A DNA stretch of 64,000 nt from Bacteroidales bacterium. Lineage in GTDB: Bacteria; Bacteroidota; Bacteroidia; Bacteroidales; ML635J-15. This document shows, one piece after another, positions 1 to 10,877 of the stretch. The first letter of the stretch is position 1; each line of letters begins with the position of its first letter. The stretch is taken from assembly GCA_031275085.1 (NCBI GenBank), contig JAISPG010000042.1, positions 92,683-156,682 on the forward strand, read 5' to 3'. The notes under the pieces were generated by a model. That model ran no database searches. It was not told the origin of the DNA and saw nothing but the letters and a program-made list of their open reading frames with translations. A program made the translations under genes and the position numbers.

Positions 1-373
1 GAATTTCGACGGCTTCTCCTATTGTCCAGATAGATCTGAACATTATCCAGAAACCTATTAGGTAAACAAACATTGTAGTTACGATAGGTAATGGGAGCAT
101 TAAAAGCAGTAATCCCAGCAATAATTCTATAATACCGCTGGCTAAGCTCCATCCCCAGCCGTTTAGGATGTTTTTATTTGCTACGGAAAATATTATTTCG
201 AAAATCCCACTTATAACAAATGCCAGTATAAAAATATAAGATAATGTTATTAGTGTGGTTTCAGGAGTTACGATACTCCAAATTCCGAGTATTATTGCAA
301 TAACCCCTACAATAAGCGAGAGCCACCAGTATTTTACTCTGCCTTTTACCAGTTCTAATAAATGATTTTTCAT
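1..373 (-). CDS. Partial (C-terminally truncated by window edge) HdeD/DUF308-like small membrane protein
   Basis: The reverse-complement reading starts with ATG at 371-373. It translates to MKNHLLELVKGRVKYWWLSLIVGVIAIILGIWSIV..., with repeated hydrophobic helices and a GWGW motif typical of DUF308/HdeD membrane proteins. This region is not in the supplied ORF track because it runs off the window. Confidence 0.45.
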   Translation of the reverse strand, partial: MKNHLLELVKGRVKYWWLSLIVGVIAIILGIWSIVTPETTLITLSYIFILAFVISGIFEIIFSVANKNILNGWGWSLASGIIELLLGLLLLMLPLPIVTTMFVYLIGFWIMFRSIWTIGEAVEI

Positions 374-640
374 AATAAGTAATATTTAAGTTTGTACAAT
401 ACAAATATCGCATCTATTGTCCTGAAAATAATAATTCTAAATTCGTGTAAAATGTTCCAAAATACGCTTCTTGTAATTATCATATTAATTAAAATCTGCT
501 TTGAACTTTTTTTACAATTATAAAGTAAAGTACTAAAGGGTATTGAGAAGTAATATTTATTAAAAAAACTGCAAATCGGGTAATAAAAGAAAACATATCG
601 TAAAATTCAAAACTGATTCTTAATTTTGCAGAAAAAATAA

Positions 641-2608
641 ATGTATAAACCTGAATTATTACTTCCGGCAGGTAATCTTGAGTCTTTTTTCGCTGCAATT
701 CAGGGCGGAGCAGATGCCGTTTATCTTGGACTGAAAAAATTTAATGCACGTAACAGGGCTAAGAATTTTTCATATACGGATCTTTATAACATTATAAAAG
801 AAGCGCATTCCAGAAAGAAAAAGATATATGTAACTCTTAATACTCTTATTAAAAATGAAGAATTAAATGAACTTATTGAGGTACTTGGTGTTTTGTCACA
901 GCTTGGTATTGATGCACTAATAATTCAGGATATAGCAATTCTTAATCTGGTGAAAAAGATATTCCGTAATCTTAAAATACATGCCAGTACTCAGATGGGT
1001 GTACATAATTCTGCAGGATGTAATTTTTTTGAAAAACAAGGGTTTGAAAGAGTCATATTATCAAGGGAGCTGACCCGTAAAGAACTGGAAAAGATATCGG
1101 GAATTTCTAAGATACAAAAGGAAATTTTTATACATGGAGCATTATGTTATTCATTTTCAGGATATTGTCTTTTTAGTAGTTATTTAGGTGGCAACAGTGC
1201 AAACAGGGGATTATGTGCACAAGTTTGTCGCAGAAGCTTTATTTCGGAAAATAATGAAGATACATTTTTCAGCCTGAAAGATTTTCAATTAATAGATCTG
1301 ATTCCGCTTTTTTCAGAGCTAAAAATAAGCTCACTGAAAATAGAAGGAAGGATGAAAAATCCTGAATATATTTATAATACCGCAAGGGCTTACAGGATTG
1401 CAATTGATGATCATTCGAGGATTCCTGAAGCAAAAAAATTATTAAAGTATGATTTTGCCCGCGAAAAAACAACCTGGTTCATGGGCGGAGGTGTAAAAGA
1501 GTCAATAACATCAAATACCGGTACCGGAATATATATAGGCAAAATTAATTCTATAGATGAAAAGGGATTTGAGATAATTACGGATATAAAGATAGATAAG
1601 GGTTCAAAAATAAGACTTAGAAATAACAACGACACAGAAGCCGAATTTATTAAAATACAAAATATTACAAATAATAAAAACTGTTATTTTATTTATTGTA
1701 ATACAAAAAATTTATTACCGGGGATGGATATATATCTTGCCGGTACAGGTCAGCATAATTTTAAAGATAGATTTTCCGGTTATGAACATAAAAAAATTCT
1801 TTTGCCGGGACAAAAACAAAAGGAAATAATAAAAAAATCTTTTAAAATTATACCTGTCAGGAATCCGAAAACAAAAATATATGTCAGAATTTCGGACCCC
1901 GAATATATTGATAAAATGCAATATTCTGATATTGAAGCTGTTTTTTTGAAGTTAAGGTACAGGGATCTTGAAAAAATACCGGGTATGAATATTCCTGCAG
2001 GACAGAAGAAAAAACTATATATTGAATTGCCTAAGTTTATAGGTGAACTTAAAATAAAATATGTACGGGATTTAATGAAGAAACTGTCGGAATGCGGGTA
2101 TGATAATTTTGTTATAAGCCATATTTCCCAGATAGATTTGTTGCCAAAGAATGTAAATATAAATAGTAATGAAAATGTTTATCTGCTGAACGATATAGCA
2201 ATTGATTACATAAATTCCACAGGAATAAAAAATTATTGTTATCCTTTGGAGAACGACTATCCCAATCTCTTGAAAGGTAACGACAGGGGTGGTATCATTC
2301 CGGTATATTTTTATCCCGAACTTTTTTATTCCCGTATGCCGGTAAAAGCAAAAGGTACTATTACCGATAATTCAAAAAAGAAATATAATATACATAAATT
2401 CAACGGATTTACAATAATAACTGATGTCAAACCTGTATCATTACTACATAGTATAAATAAATTTAAAGGAAAGGGGTTCTGTAAATTCCTTATAGACTTT
2501 AGTTATGAACCTGATATCAGGAAATGTAATTTGATTATAAAAGATCTGGATAGCTTTGAAAAGATTCATGGGGCTACTGATTTTAATATGAAAAAAGGGT
2601 TGCATTGA
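641..2608 (+). CDS. U32 family protein (peptidase U32 / RlhA-YegQ-like, with long C-terminal extension)
   Basis: The N-terminus MYKPELLLPAGNLESFFAAIQGGADAVYLG and a cysteine cluster (CYSFSGYCLFSSY...CAQVCRR) are typical of the U32 (PrtC/YhbU/YegQ) family. The 655-aa length matches the long RlhA-like subfamily. Confidence 0.8.
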   Translation: MYKPELLLPAGNLESFFAAIQGGADAVYLGLKKFNARNRAKNFSYTDLYNIIKEAHSRKKKIYVTLNTLIKNEELNELIEVLGVLSQLGIDALIIQDIAILNLVKKIFRNLKIHASTQMGVHNSAGCNFFEKQGFERVILSRELTRKELEKISGISKIQKEIFIHGALCYSFSGYCLFSSYLGGNSANRGLCAQVCRRSFISENNEDTFFSLKDFQLIDLIPLFSELKISSLKIEGRMKNPEYIYNTARAYRIAIDDHSRIPEAKKLLKYDFAREKTTWFMGGGVKESITSNTGTGIYIGKINSIDEKGFEIITDIKIDKGSKIRLRNNNDTEAEFIKIQNITNNKNCYFIYCNTKNLLPGMDIYLAGTGQHNFKDRFSGYEHKKILLPGQKQKEIIKKSFKIIPVRNPKTKIYVRISDPEYIDKMQYSDIEAVFLKLRYRDLEKIPGMNIPAGQKKKLYIELPKFIGELKIKYVRDLMKKLSECGYDNFVISHISQIDLLPKNVNINSNENVYLLNDIAIDYINSTGIKNYCYPLENDYPNLLKGNDRGGIIPVYFYPELFYSRMPVKAKGTITDNSKKKYNIHKFNGFTIITDVKPVSLLHSINKFKGKGFCKFLIDFSYEPDIRKCNLIIKDLDSFEKIHGATDFNMKKGLH

Positions 2609-2896
2609 TTTACCATAAATGACGTTAATTATGGATTATTTCTCAACAAAAGCTACCAATCTTCAATGAAAAGAGTGAATATTAGTAAATTTTAGTATAT
2701 TTTGTTCACTTATTTACGTCGGCATGTAACTTTACAACGCCAAAGTCGCATATCTACGATATGTATTTGACAATTAATATCTCCTTTTTGCCAGGTTATT
2801 CATACTTGACGGTATTAAATAAATTTAAGTAATTTGATTATATTTTAGTTTTGTTTTATTTAGCGGATCCCCATGGTTTTGCAGAAATTATATTTA

Positions 2897-2934
2897 AAAT
2901 ACAGCTATAGATAAATTTACCTATAGCTGTATTT
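2897..2934 (-). terminator. Hairpin (14-bp perfect stem aaatacagctatag / ctatagctgtattt, 10-nt loop) about 35 nt downstream of the adhesin stop, in an AT-rich context
   Basis: The inverted repeat is read directly from the sequence. It sits between the convergent U32 and adhesin genes. Confidence 0.45.
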
Positions 2935-2969
2935 GATAGACAATGTTATATTTTATATCAAAACCGGAA

Positions 2970-5900
2970 CTAATAAACTACAGAAACGGTTCCACTGTAT
3001 TTCATGTCTTCATCATGTAATGTTATAATGTACATATATGTACCGGCCGGAACTAAAGAGTTATTGTATTTACCACTCCACGGATCGTCTTTTCCTTGTG
3101 CACTGAATATTTCTTGTCCCCATCTGTTAAAGATTAATATGGATGCTTCAGGGAAATACTGGATCCCGTCTATTAACCATACATCGTTTATTCCATCTCC
3201 ATTTGGAGAGAATGCATTAGGAATCTGTATACATTCTTCGTAACCATCTGTAAGTTTGATATTACTCAGTTTTACACTACAGAAATTTGCATCGATTACT
3301 TCTATGGTGTATACTCCTTCTCTTAATCCTTCTATGTGTGGAATGTCATTATAAGGAATATTGTTGAAAGTATACATATAAGGTTCTATTCCGCCTTCAG
3401 TATTAACAATAATTTCTCCATTATTACTTTTTATGCAACTGGGGTTTGTAACTTCATAATATGCTGTTAATTCTTCCGGTTCGCCAATATAAACTTCTTC
3501 TGTTATAATACAGCCGTTATCGTCAATAACTTTAAGTATATATTCACCGGCTTTCAATGTATTATAATTTGTTTGCGGAAGCTCATTTGATTTTTTCAGT
3601 ACGGAATAATTATATGGTGTAGTGCCTCCGTTACTGGTGATTTTTATAGCTCCGTCATTATAGTTGTAACAACTTACATCTTTCAATTGATAATTTATTC
3701 CCAGACTGTCTGGTTGGGTAATAAGATATTGATCTGTTAAGGAGCACCCATTCCGGTCTGTTATCACAACACTGTATTCTCCTGCCGGCAGATTTGTAAT
3801 ATTTGCACCTATTTCAGGTATATTCCATCTTATGCTATATGGCTCTGTTCCACCGTTTACATCTAAAGAAATAGTACCTGAATTATTTCCGTAGCATTTT
3901 ATGTTAGTTACACTGGAATTTACGGTGATTTCATTAGGCTGTAAAACTGCAGTATTTATAATAAATTCACAACCTCTGGAATCGTATAATTTTATGTGAT
4001 AATTACCGACGGGAAAAGTATCGGGTAACTGCCTTAAACTACCGTTTATTTCAAAATTATAAGGTTCTGTTCCTCCGCTTAGTCTGCTAATGTCGATATA
4101 ACCGTCGTCAAAACCGTAACATGAAGCATCGGTAACGTTTATTGCTAAGATTAAGGTGTCCGGTTGAATTAATGATATGGTTTCGGTAGCTGTACATCCG
4201 TGCTGATCTGTAACCAGAACAGTCCAACTGCCTTCCGGAAGATCAAAAAGGTATGGAGTGGTACTGTTATCCAAATCATCCCATGCATATGTGTAGATTT
4301 CTCCTCCTCCTGTTACTGATAAAGAAATTTGTCCGTCTGAACGATTATAACAGGAAACAGGCAATATTTCCGGAGATATAATTATTTCTTCCGGTTGAGG
4401 AATAGTAACAGTTGTTGTCAAATAACATTCATTAGCATCTGAAATAGTATATTGATATACACCAGCAGCTATATTTTCAAATCTATCAACGCCAGAATAT
4501 GGCGGAGTTCCACCAGCAGCTGTAATTTCTACAAATGTCGTTTCACCATAACAAATGATCTGACCGGTTTGAACATCCATTTCTAGTACAGGAGGCTGTG
4601 TTATAGATATTTCAGCAGTATTTTCACATCCGTTTGCTCCGGTAACTGTAACAATATATGTACCTGGCGCTGAAATAGAGTTTGCCGCAGTTGCAACACT
4701 GTTGCTCCATATATAAGAAACTCCTCCGTCTGCAACTACATTAATATGTGAATTATTGCAATCTAAAACCGTTGTCCCGGTTTGATTTGTAATATTGACA
4801 GTTGGCGGAGTAAAATCAGATGAAATAGTTATGTTAACATTGTCTGTGCAGCCGTTAGCCCCGACTGTAGCAACATTCCATGTGCCGGGAGAAATAATAG
4901 TAATATTAGCATCATTATGATCACCTGTCCAGGAATAACTTACTCCTCCTGTAGCAGTTAAACTGATTGACGGGGTATTACAATTCAGAACATTTGTTCC
5001 GCTGTTATTAACAATATTAATTGTCGGCAACCCAAGATCTTCGGAAATATTAACACTGGAAACATTGCTACATCCGTTAGCCCCTGTTACTGTTACGATA
5101 TAATTTCCGGCATCGGCCACAATAATATTTGGAGAAGATGCTGTATTATTCCATAAATATGTTCCTCCTCCTGTAGCTGTCAGGCTAATGTTAGAAGTTG
5201 TGCAATTAATTGTATTTGTTCCAGTATTGTTTGTAATTGATGCTTGAGGTGGAGTAAAATCTTCCGTGATATTAATCGTTCCACTTGACGTACATCCGTT
5301 AGCTCCTGTTATTGTAATTGTATAGGATCCGGGAGAATTGATTAATCTGTCGGGAACGGTAATTCCATCGGACCAGTTATATATTATGCCTCCCGTCGTT
5401 CCAATATTTATTACATCATTATTACAGTTTAATGTTGTAGTTCCGGAGTTATTGTTTATTGTTAATGTTGGAGGGATATAATCTTCACCTATAACTATTC
5501 TTGCATAATTAGAACACCCACTGATATTTGTTCCTGTTACCGAATATGTACCTGGCTGCATAACGGTGTAATTTGAAGTTGTTGAGGCTCCACTATCCCA
5601 TATATAGCTGTTTGCTCCCGAAGCAACTAAATTTATACTGCTAAAATTGCAATTTAGATTTGTTGATGACGGTACCGGCGTAATTGTAATATTTGGTAAC
5701 TCATCTACCTGTGTTATATCTGTACTTGTTATTGCCGTGCATCCATTAGCACCTGTTACCGTAACGATATATGTGCCGGCATTGTTTACTAAATTTGTTG
5801 CAGTGAATACACTATTACTCCATTCATAAGTTGTTCCGCCTGTAGCAGTTAAACTTATAGTTGTACTGGCACATGTTATGATATTTGTTCCCGAATTATT

Positions 5901-8900
5901 TGTTATTCCGGCAACAGGTATAGTCAGATCTTCATTAATAATAATTTGCATGGAATTTGTACATCCGTTGGCTCCTGTTACTGTTACAGTATAGGTATCG
6001 GGAGCGGTAAATGTATTTTCTGCCGTATTCAGACTACTGCCGTTATCCCACAAATAGGAGACTCCGCCTGTGGCTCCTACATTTACGGAACTCACAACAC
6101 ATGTTAGTTCCGGCGGTCCTATTGTATTAATACTTACTGTTGGAATTACTATATCTTGTGTAATTGTAATGGTGTCAGAACTAGTACATCCGTTGCTGCC
6201 GGTTACAGTAACTATATATATTCCCGGTTCGGAGAAATTGTTTCCTGCCGTATTCAAACTACTGCCTCCGTTCCATTCATATTGATATGAAGCTCCTGCT
6301 CTGGCTTCTACATTTATATTTGTTAAATTACAAGTAAGCAACGTGTCTCCTGTGTTATTCGTAATTTCAGCAATAGCCGGTGTAATGTTCTGGGTTATTG
6401 TAATACTTGTCGTTGTTGTTGCACTCAGATCGTTGGTTACTGTTACCCGGTATGTTCCGGGTTCTGTAATTGTGTTTTCTGCTGTTGAAGTACTGCTTCC
6501 GCCGCTCCATGAATATGTATATGTGCTTCCGCTTCCGCTACCAACTGCTGTTAAACTTATACTTGTTGTATTACAGTCCAGTACTGTTGTTCCTGTATTA
6601 TTTGTAATATCTGCCAATATAGGTATTTCAGGGCAGGTAGCTCTCATGGTAAATGCTCCTGCAGTTGTAGGAGATGATCCGTATAAATCGGCAATAATAT
6701 AAATTGTCTGACCTCCGGTTAACGACAATGTAATATTTCCGGAACCCCAGCAAGCATTATAAAGGTTTGTCCCTGTATTACCACATGAACTCATAGGATA
6801 AAAATCAGGATCTCCGGCAGTTGTAGTTGTAGCAAAAGTATAACTTCCTGTAACAGGTACTGTGAATTCAAAAACTTGTTCGCCTCCGTTAGCCGTGTAG
6901 GAACAACTTGTATATGAAGACCAGAAACTGCCTGTGGTGGCTAAATTACCCGAATATGTAACATCACATTCCATTGTTATAGCACTTCTACACGGTCCCG
7001 GACAATCTATTGAGATAGAATATGCAGCATCTTCAGTATCACTGCGATTATCGACCAGCAAATAATATGTTGTTCCACTGGTCATATTAACTGTTTGAAT
7101 TCCGTCATCCCAGCAATCACCGATAATATTTGTCCCTCCATTGCCACACTCTCCTGTCATCAGGAAAAAATCAGGATCTCCGGAAATAGCTGTTGCCGTA
7201 ATTATGTATTCTCCTGTTATTGGTGGAACAAAACTATATACTCTTTCATTACCTGGAGTATTGTTACTGCATCCGGGATAACTTGACCAATGATTATCAT
7301 CTGTTCCCAACGTACCGGAGTAAGTTGTTAAACACCCAATGGGAGATATTGCAAGACAAGGATCATACGGGATACACTCTACCTCTAATGCAAATCCTGG
7401 ACCTACAGAGGAGACGTCAGAGGTGAAACTGATAGTAATTGCACCTGAAGATGCAATTAAAGGAGGAATTGTTTGATTTCCAAATAATCCTCCCCATAAT
7501 TGAACGCTTGGGGAAGTAGTTCCTGCACCATCATATATTCTTAGATAATCACAGCAGGTTTCGCCACTATACGTTCCTGATATCTGGAATAAACTGTTTG
7601 GATCGTTCGAATATATTATAACATATCCGTTACAATAGTTAGCATAATTACCAGTAGGACCTGCATGGTCGTATACAGTAAAACTACATCCTGTATATGT
7701 GGCATTACCTGTTTGAGGTACAAAAATAACAGGAAGGCATTCTATTAATATTGAATAAGATGCATCTTCAGTATCACTTTGGTTATCAACTATAATATAA
7801 TATGTTGTTCCGACATTTAAAGTTGCAGTAACATCTCCGCTGTTCCAACAACTTCCGATAATATTAGTTCCATCATCACCACAGCTGCTCATCAAATAAA
7901 ATGACGGATTTCCTGAAGTAGCTGTTGCGGTCAGAGTATATTCTCCACTTACCATAGGAGTAAAACTGTATACATCTTCTTCTCCGGGATTGATATTTGT
8001 ACACCCGGTATATGAATCATAAGAGTTATATTCTGTACTTACAGTTCCTGAATATTCAATTCCGCACTCTATAGGCGAAATATCCAAACATGGATGGTAC
8101 GGAACGCATTCAACATCTAATACAAATCCTGAACCGGTAGAAGAACCGTCAGAGGTAAAGCTGATAGTAAATATACCTGAAGATGCAATTAAAGGAGGAA
8201 TTGTTTGACTTCCAAATAACCCTCCCCATAGCTGAACACTTGGGGAAGCAGTTCCTGCGCCATCATATATTCTTAGGTAATCACAGCAAGTTTCACCACT
8301 ATATGTTCCTGAGATTTGAAATAGTCTGCTCGGGTCGTTCGAATATACTATGACATATCCGTTACAATTGTTAGCATAATTACCAGTAGGGCCTGCATGG
8401 TCGTATACTGTAAAATCACATCCTGTATATGTGGCATTACCTGTTTGAGGTACCAGAATAACAGGAAGACATTCTATTAATATTGAGTAAGACGCATCTT
8501 CAGTACTACTTTGGTTATCGACTATAATATAATATGTTGTTCCTACAGTCAATGTTACAGTTTCATCTCCACTGTTCCAGCAACTTCCGATAATATTGGT
8601 CCCGCTATTACTACAACTGCTCATCATGTAAAATGACGGACTTCCTGCTGTGACCGTTGCTGAAATAGTGTATTCTCCACTTACCATAGGAGTAAAGCTG
8701 TATGCTACTTCCTCTCCGGGGTTAGTGTTTGTACATCCTGTATATGAGTTATAAAAACTATATTCTGTACCTAGTGTCCCTGAATATTCGGTTCCGCAAT
8801 TCATTGGTGAAATATCCAGGCACGGATTAAAATTGACACATTCCACATCGAGTATAAAACCTTCGCAATTAGTACTTCCGTTTGAGTTAAATTGTACAGT

Positions 8901-10877
8901 CAGAGGTCCCACAGTTGATATGATTTCCGGTACAGTAAATGTTTCACATCCTGTCCCGCTTCCGTGTGGAGAACCTCCCCACAAAATAGTTCCTCCGGTA
9001 CCTGCTCCGTTATATATTGTTAAATAATCAGACCCGCTTTCACATGTTATTGTTCCGGAAACTTTTGATCTATAATCGGTATTATTGGGATTAATTATTG
9101 CATATCCATTACTGTTATCTGCATAGTTACCGTTCTCTCCTCCTGAATCCGCCAATGTTCCAAAACACATTGTATAGGTTTCAGAACCTGTTTCGGGGAC
9201 TAAATTAGCTGGAGGTTCTGTATAAACTAATTTTATTGAAGGTCTTACTGCTGTAGTATAATCAATACCTGCAGCATTGAAAGGGTAAGTTCCGTCGTTG
9301 GAATCAGAATACATGCCCTTTGATGTAGCTACAGCTGTAGTTGATATTACATAATGTCCGCCACCGCTTGAATATGTTGTACCATCCCTTGTTAATCTTA
9401 CAATAATTCCTCCGTTTGTAGGATCATACAGGTGGGTCGGAGTAGGTGTGTTAAAAACATAGTCACTCCATACTGTATTACTAACGGTTGGAGTAGGCAA
9501 TGATGCATTAAAATAACATTCCGTCCAGCCTGTATTTACCCAGGCTGCTGTCCATGCAGAATTATTCAGATCGATGCGGGCATTTGCAACTACCCTTCCT
9601 GGTGCAGAAGAGCATAATAATCCTGCTGCGGTTATTTCTGAATTTGCAGGAACACTTGCTAATTCTGTGCTTGTTAATAAAAATTCCCAGCGTGAATCAT
9701 GATAATACGTGTTGTATAAAGTATAATAAGCAGTTGAGGTTGCCGTAGAAGAATATCCTATTGTAAACTCGGGGTCAATAAATACAGGATAGATCCTTTC
9801 GGGATCATTTAACCATGAAACAGGAACATAGAATTGTACTTTTATAAGCCCGTCTTTAAAAACTACTTTATACTCTAATTCTAATCTATGTTCTGCCAGA
9901 GGGTCTTCTGTTGTTATTTTATCATTATCAGTGGCTTCTTCTTTTATATGTGGTATTTCTATTGATTTCATTATTTCGTCGAAATCATATGCGCCGTCGA
10001 ATAAAACTACGGGCTCAAAAGTAATGGCATTTGTACCGTCAGCAAATTTTACAATAAATGAAGATGCTGTAAAGTCGGTTGTTCTTATTTTTCCGTTAGC
10101 CTCAATAAAACAATTTTCAGGCAGATTAATAAGTTGTTCTACCATTATCATTCCTTCGCTGATACTTTGAAAAGCATTTTTGCTATGTAGCCAGAAACCG
10201 CTTTCGATGCCACGTCCTAACTGAGTTATTTCATAATCAATATCGGGATAAAAATCTGAAAAGATCAAAGTTCTGTAATCTTTTTGTTTTAATGTTTCAT
10301 CGGTTCTGACAGGGTAATGAATTATATTCTGGTCATTGTCGAGAAAATAAAAACTATAATCTTTGCCCAAAATGAAATTTGTTTCTTGATAATTAACCAG
10401 TATTCCTTTATCGGGAAATTCTGAATAGTATGTTTTAAATTTATTTGTGGTATTGGAATATTTGTAAGCAGTCTGATCTTCCGTGTTGTTGATTATACTC
10501 AAATCAATATCGCACCAATTACTAAGATCATCCGAATAATGCAGATCTCCGACAAGAAAATAAGAATTCTCTCCGTTTCCGTTTGAAAAAGTCTTGGAAT
10601 CTTTTGTTCTGTGTTGCAATAATTCATCTTCCGGAGAAAATCCTTTATATAAACCTCTGTCGCTCCACTTGTTAGGATGGTAGCGTGAAAACATCCCTGT
10701 ATTATTTACCCATGATTCATTTTCTTTTTCTGTATCAAAAGATACATTTGATGTATTGTTCATCCAGGAAGATAATTCTTTTTCCTGCCACGAACAATCA
10801 ATAGCCTTTTCTTTTTGGGCTAAAGTTAAATGACTGATTATAAGCAATAAAATAAATAAAGTAAATAATTTTTTCAT
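2970..10877 (-). CDS. Giant (2635 aa) T9SS-secreted modular cell-surface adhesin (CUB-like + PPC-like modules, SprB/Ig-like repeats, type-B gliding-motility C-terminal sorting domain)
   Basis: It has an N-terminal signal peptide (MKKLFTLFILLLIISHLTLA). Three CUB-like modules (CDYLRIYDGAGT... GF[VI]LDVEC) are each followed by a pre-peptidase-C-terminal-like module (YSFTPMVSGEYT...YYIIVDNQS.TEDASYSILIEC). About 15 SprB/Ig-like repeats follow, ending ...GTY.VTVT..NGC. The C-terminus NAFSPNGDGINDVW...FNRWGQ matches the gliding-motility-associated C-terminal (T9SS type B) domain. Confidence 0.85.
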   Translation of the reverse strand: MKKLFTLFILLLIISHLTLAQKEKAIDCSWQEKELSSWMNNTSNVSFDTEKENESWVNNTGMFSRYHPNKWSDRGLYKGFSPEDELLQHRTKDSKTFSNGNGENSYFLVGDLHYSDDLSNWCDIDLSIINNTEDQTAYKYSNTTNKFKTYYSEFPDKGILVNYQETNFILGKDYSFYFLDNDQNIIHYPVRTDETLKQKDYRTLIFSDFYPDIDYEITQLGRGIESGFWLHSKNAFQSISEGMIMVEQLINLPENCFIEANGKIRTTDFTASSFIVKFADGTNAITFEPVVLFDGAYDFDEIMKSIEIPHIKEEATDNDKITTEDPLAEHRLELEYKVVFKDGLIKVQFYVPVSWLNDPERIYPVFIDPEFTIGYSSTATSTAYYTLYNTYYHDSRWEFLLTSTELASVPANSEITAAGLLCSSAPGRVVANARIDLNNSAWTAAWVNTGWTECYFNASLPTPTVSNTVWSDYVFNTPTPTHLYDPTNGGIIVRLTRDGTTYSSGGGHYVISTTAVATSKGMYSDSNDGTYPFNAAGIDYTTAVRPSIKLVYTEPPANLVPETGSETYTMCFGTLADSGGENGNYADNSNGYAIINPNNTDYRSKVSGTITCESGSDYLTIYNGAGTGGTILWGGSPHGSGTGCETFTVPEIISTVGPLTVQFNSNGSTNCEGFILDVECVNFNPCLDISPMNCGTEYSGTLGTEYSFYNSYTGCTNTNPGEEVAYSFTPMVSGEYTISATVTAGSPSFYMMSSCSNSGTNIIGSCWNSGDETVTLTVGTTYYIIVDNQSSTEDASYSILIECLPVILVPQTGNATYTGCDFTVYDHAGPTGNYANNCNGYVIVYSNDPSRLFQISGTYSGETCCDYLRIYDGAGTASPSVQLWGGLFGSQTIPPLIASSGIFTISFTSDGSSTGSGFVLDVECVPYHPCLDISPIECGIEYSGTVSTEYNSYDSYTGCTNINPGEEDVYSFTPMVSGEYTLTATATSGNPSFYLMSSCGDDGTNIIGSCWNSGDVTATLNVGTTYYIIVDNQSDTEDASYSILIECLPVIFVPQTGNATYTGCSFTVYDHAGPTGNYANYCNGYVIIYSNDPNSLFQISGTYSGETCCDYLRIYDGAGTTSPSVQLWGGLFGNQTIPPLIASSGAITISFTSDVSSVGPGFALEVECIPYDPCLAISPIGCLTTYSGTLGTDDNHWSSYPGCSNNTPGNERVYSFVPPITGEYIITATAISGDPDFFLMTGECGNGGTNIIGDCWDDGIQTVNMTSGTTYYLLVDNRSDTEDAAYSISIDCPGPCRSAITMECDVTYSGNLATTGSFWSSYTSCSYTANGGEQVFEFTVPVTGSYTFATTTTAGDPDFYPMSSCGNTGTNLYNACWGSGNITLSLTGGQTIYIIADLYGSSPTTAGAFTMRATCPEIPILADITNNTGTTVLDCNTTSISLTAVGSGSGSTYTYSWSGGSSTSTAENTITEPGTYRVTVTNDLSATTTTSITITQNITPAIAEITNNTGDTLLTCNLTNINVEARAGASYQYEWNGGSSLNTAGNNFSEPGIYIVTVTGSNGCTSSDTITITQDIVIPTVSINTIGPPELTCVVSSVNVGATGGVSYLWDNGSSLNTAENTFTAPDTYTVTVTGANGCTNSMQIIINEDLTIPVAGITNNSGTNIITCASTTISLTATGGTTYEWSNSVFTATNLVNNAGTYIVTVTGANGCTAITSTDITQVDELPNITITPVPSSTNLNCNFSSINLVASGANSYIWDSGASTTSNYTVMQPGTYSVTGTNISGCSNYARIVIGEDYIPPTLTINNNSGTTTLNCNNDVINIGTTGGIIYNWSDGITVPDRLINSPGSYTITITGANGCTSSGTINITEDFTPPQASITNNTGTNTINCTTSNISLTATGGGTYLWNNTASSPNIIVADAGNYIVTVTGANGCSNVSSVNISEDLGLPTINIVNNSGTNVLNCNTPSISLTATGGVSYSWTGDHNDANITIISPGTWNVATVGANGCTDNVNITISSDFTPPTVNITNQTGTTVLDCNNSHINVVADGGVSYIWSNSVATAANSISAPGTYIVTVTGANGCENTAEISITQPPVLEMDVQTGQIICYGETTFVEITAAGGTPPYSGVDRFENIAAGVYQYTISDANECYLTTTVTIPQPEEIIISPEILPVSCYNRSDGQISLSVTGGGEIYTYAWDDLDNSTTPYLFDLPEGSWTVLVTDQHGCTATETISLIQPDTLILAINVTDASCYGFDDGYIDISRLSGGTEPYNFEINGSLRQLPDTFPVGNYHIKLYDSRGCEFIINTAVLQPNEITVNSSVTNIKCYGNNSGTISLDVNGGTEPYSIRWNIPEIGANITNLPAGEYSVVITDRNGCSLTDQYLITQPDSLGINYQLKDVSCYNYNDGAIKITSNGGTTPYNYSVLKKSNELPQTNYNTLKAGEYILKVIDDNGCIITEEVYIGEPEELTAYYEVTNPSCIKSNNGEIIVNTEGGIEPYMYTFNNIPYNDIPHIEGLREGVYTIEVIDANFCSVKLSNIKLTDGYEECIQIPNAFSPNGDGINDVWLIDGIQYFPEASILIFNRWGQEIFSAQGKDDPWSGKYNNSLVPAGTYMYIITLHDEDMKYSGTVSVVY
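7380..7830. repeat. Long direct repeat copy 1 inside the adhesin gene (about 90% identical to 8110-8560)
   Basis: I aligned the two segments by eye. Both contain ...aatcctgg/aaccggtag...gatagtaa...cctgaagatgcaattaaaggaggaattgtttga... and the copies are about 730 bp apart. Confidence 0.8.
8110..8560. repeat. Long direct repeat copy 2 inside the adhesin gene
   Basis: It is about 90% identical to 7380-7830. A third, more diverged copy lies around 8840-9300. Together they encode the CUB-like/PPC-like triple module. Confidence 0.8.

Noticed and set aside
489-698. 69-aa minus-strand ORF overlapping the U32 start
   Set aside because: It overlaps a well-supported gene start and the AT-rich promoter region, and has no features.
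2865-2876. Adjacent GGATCC-CCATGG (BamHI-NcoI-like) sites reminiscent of a polylinker or vector
   Set aside because: It is a single 12-mer with no flanking vector sequence, and the surrounding DNA is native-looking AT-rich intergenic. It is probably coincidence.
3004-10170. Many 60-120-aa ORFs in the track on the strand opposite the adhesin gene (e.g. 3004-3243, 6343-6702, 9931-10170), and similar shadow ORFs inside ftsZ, ftsA, murC and others
   Set aside because: They sit entirely inside long, well-supported genes on the other strand. They have low-complexity translations and no motifs, so they are spurious.
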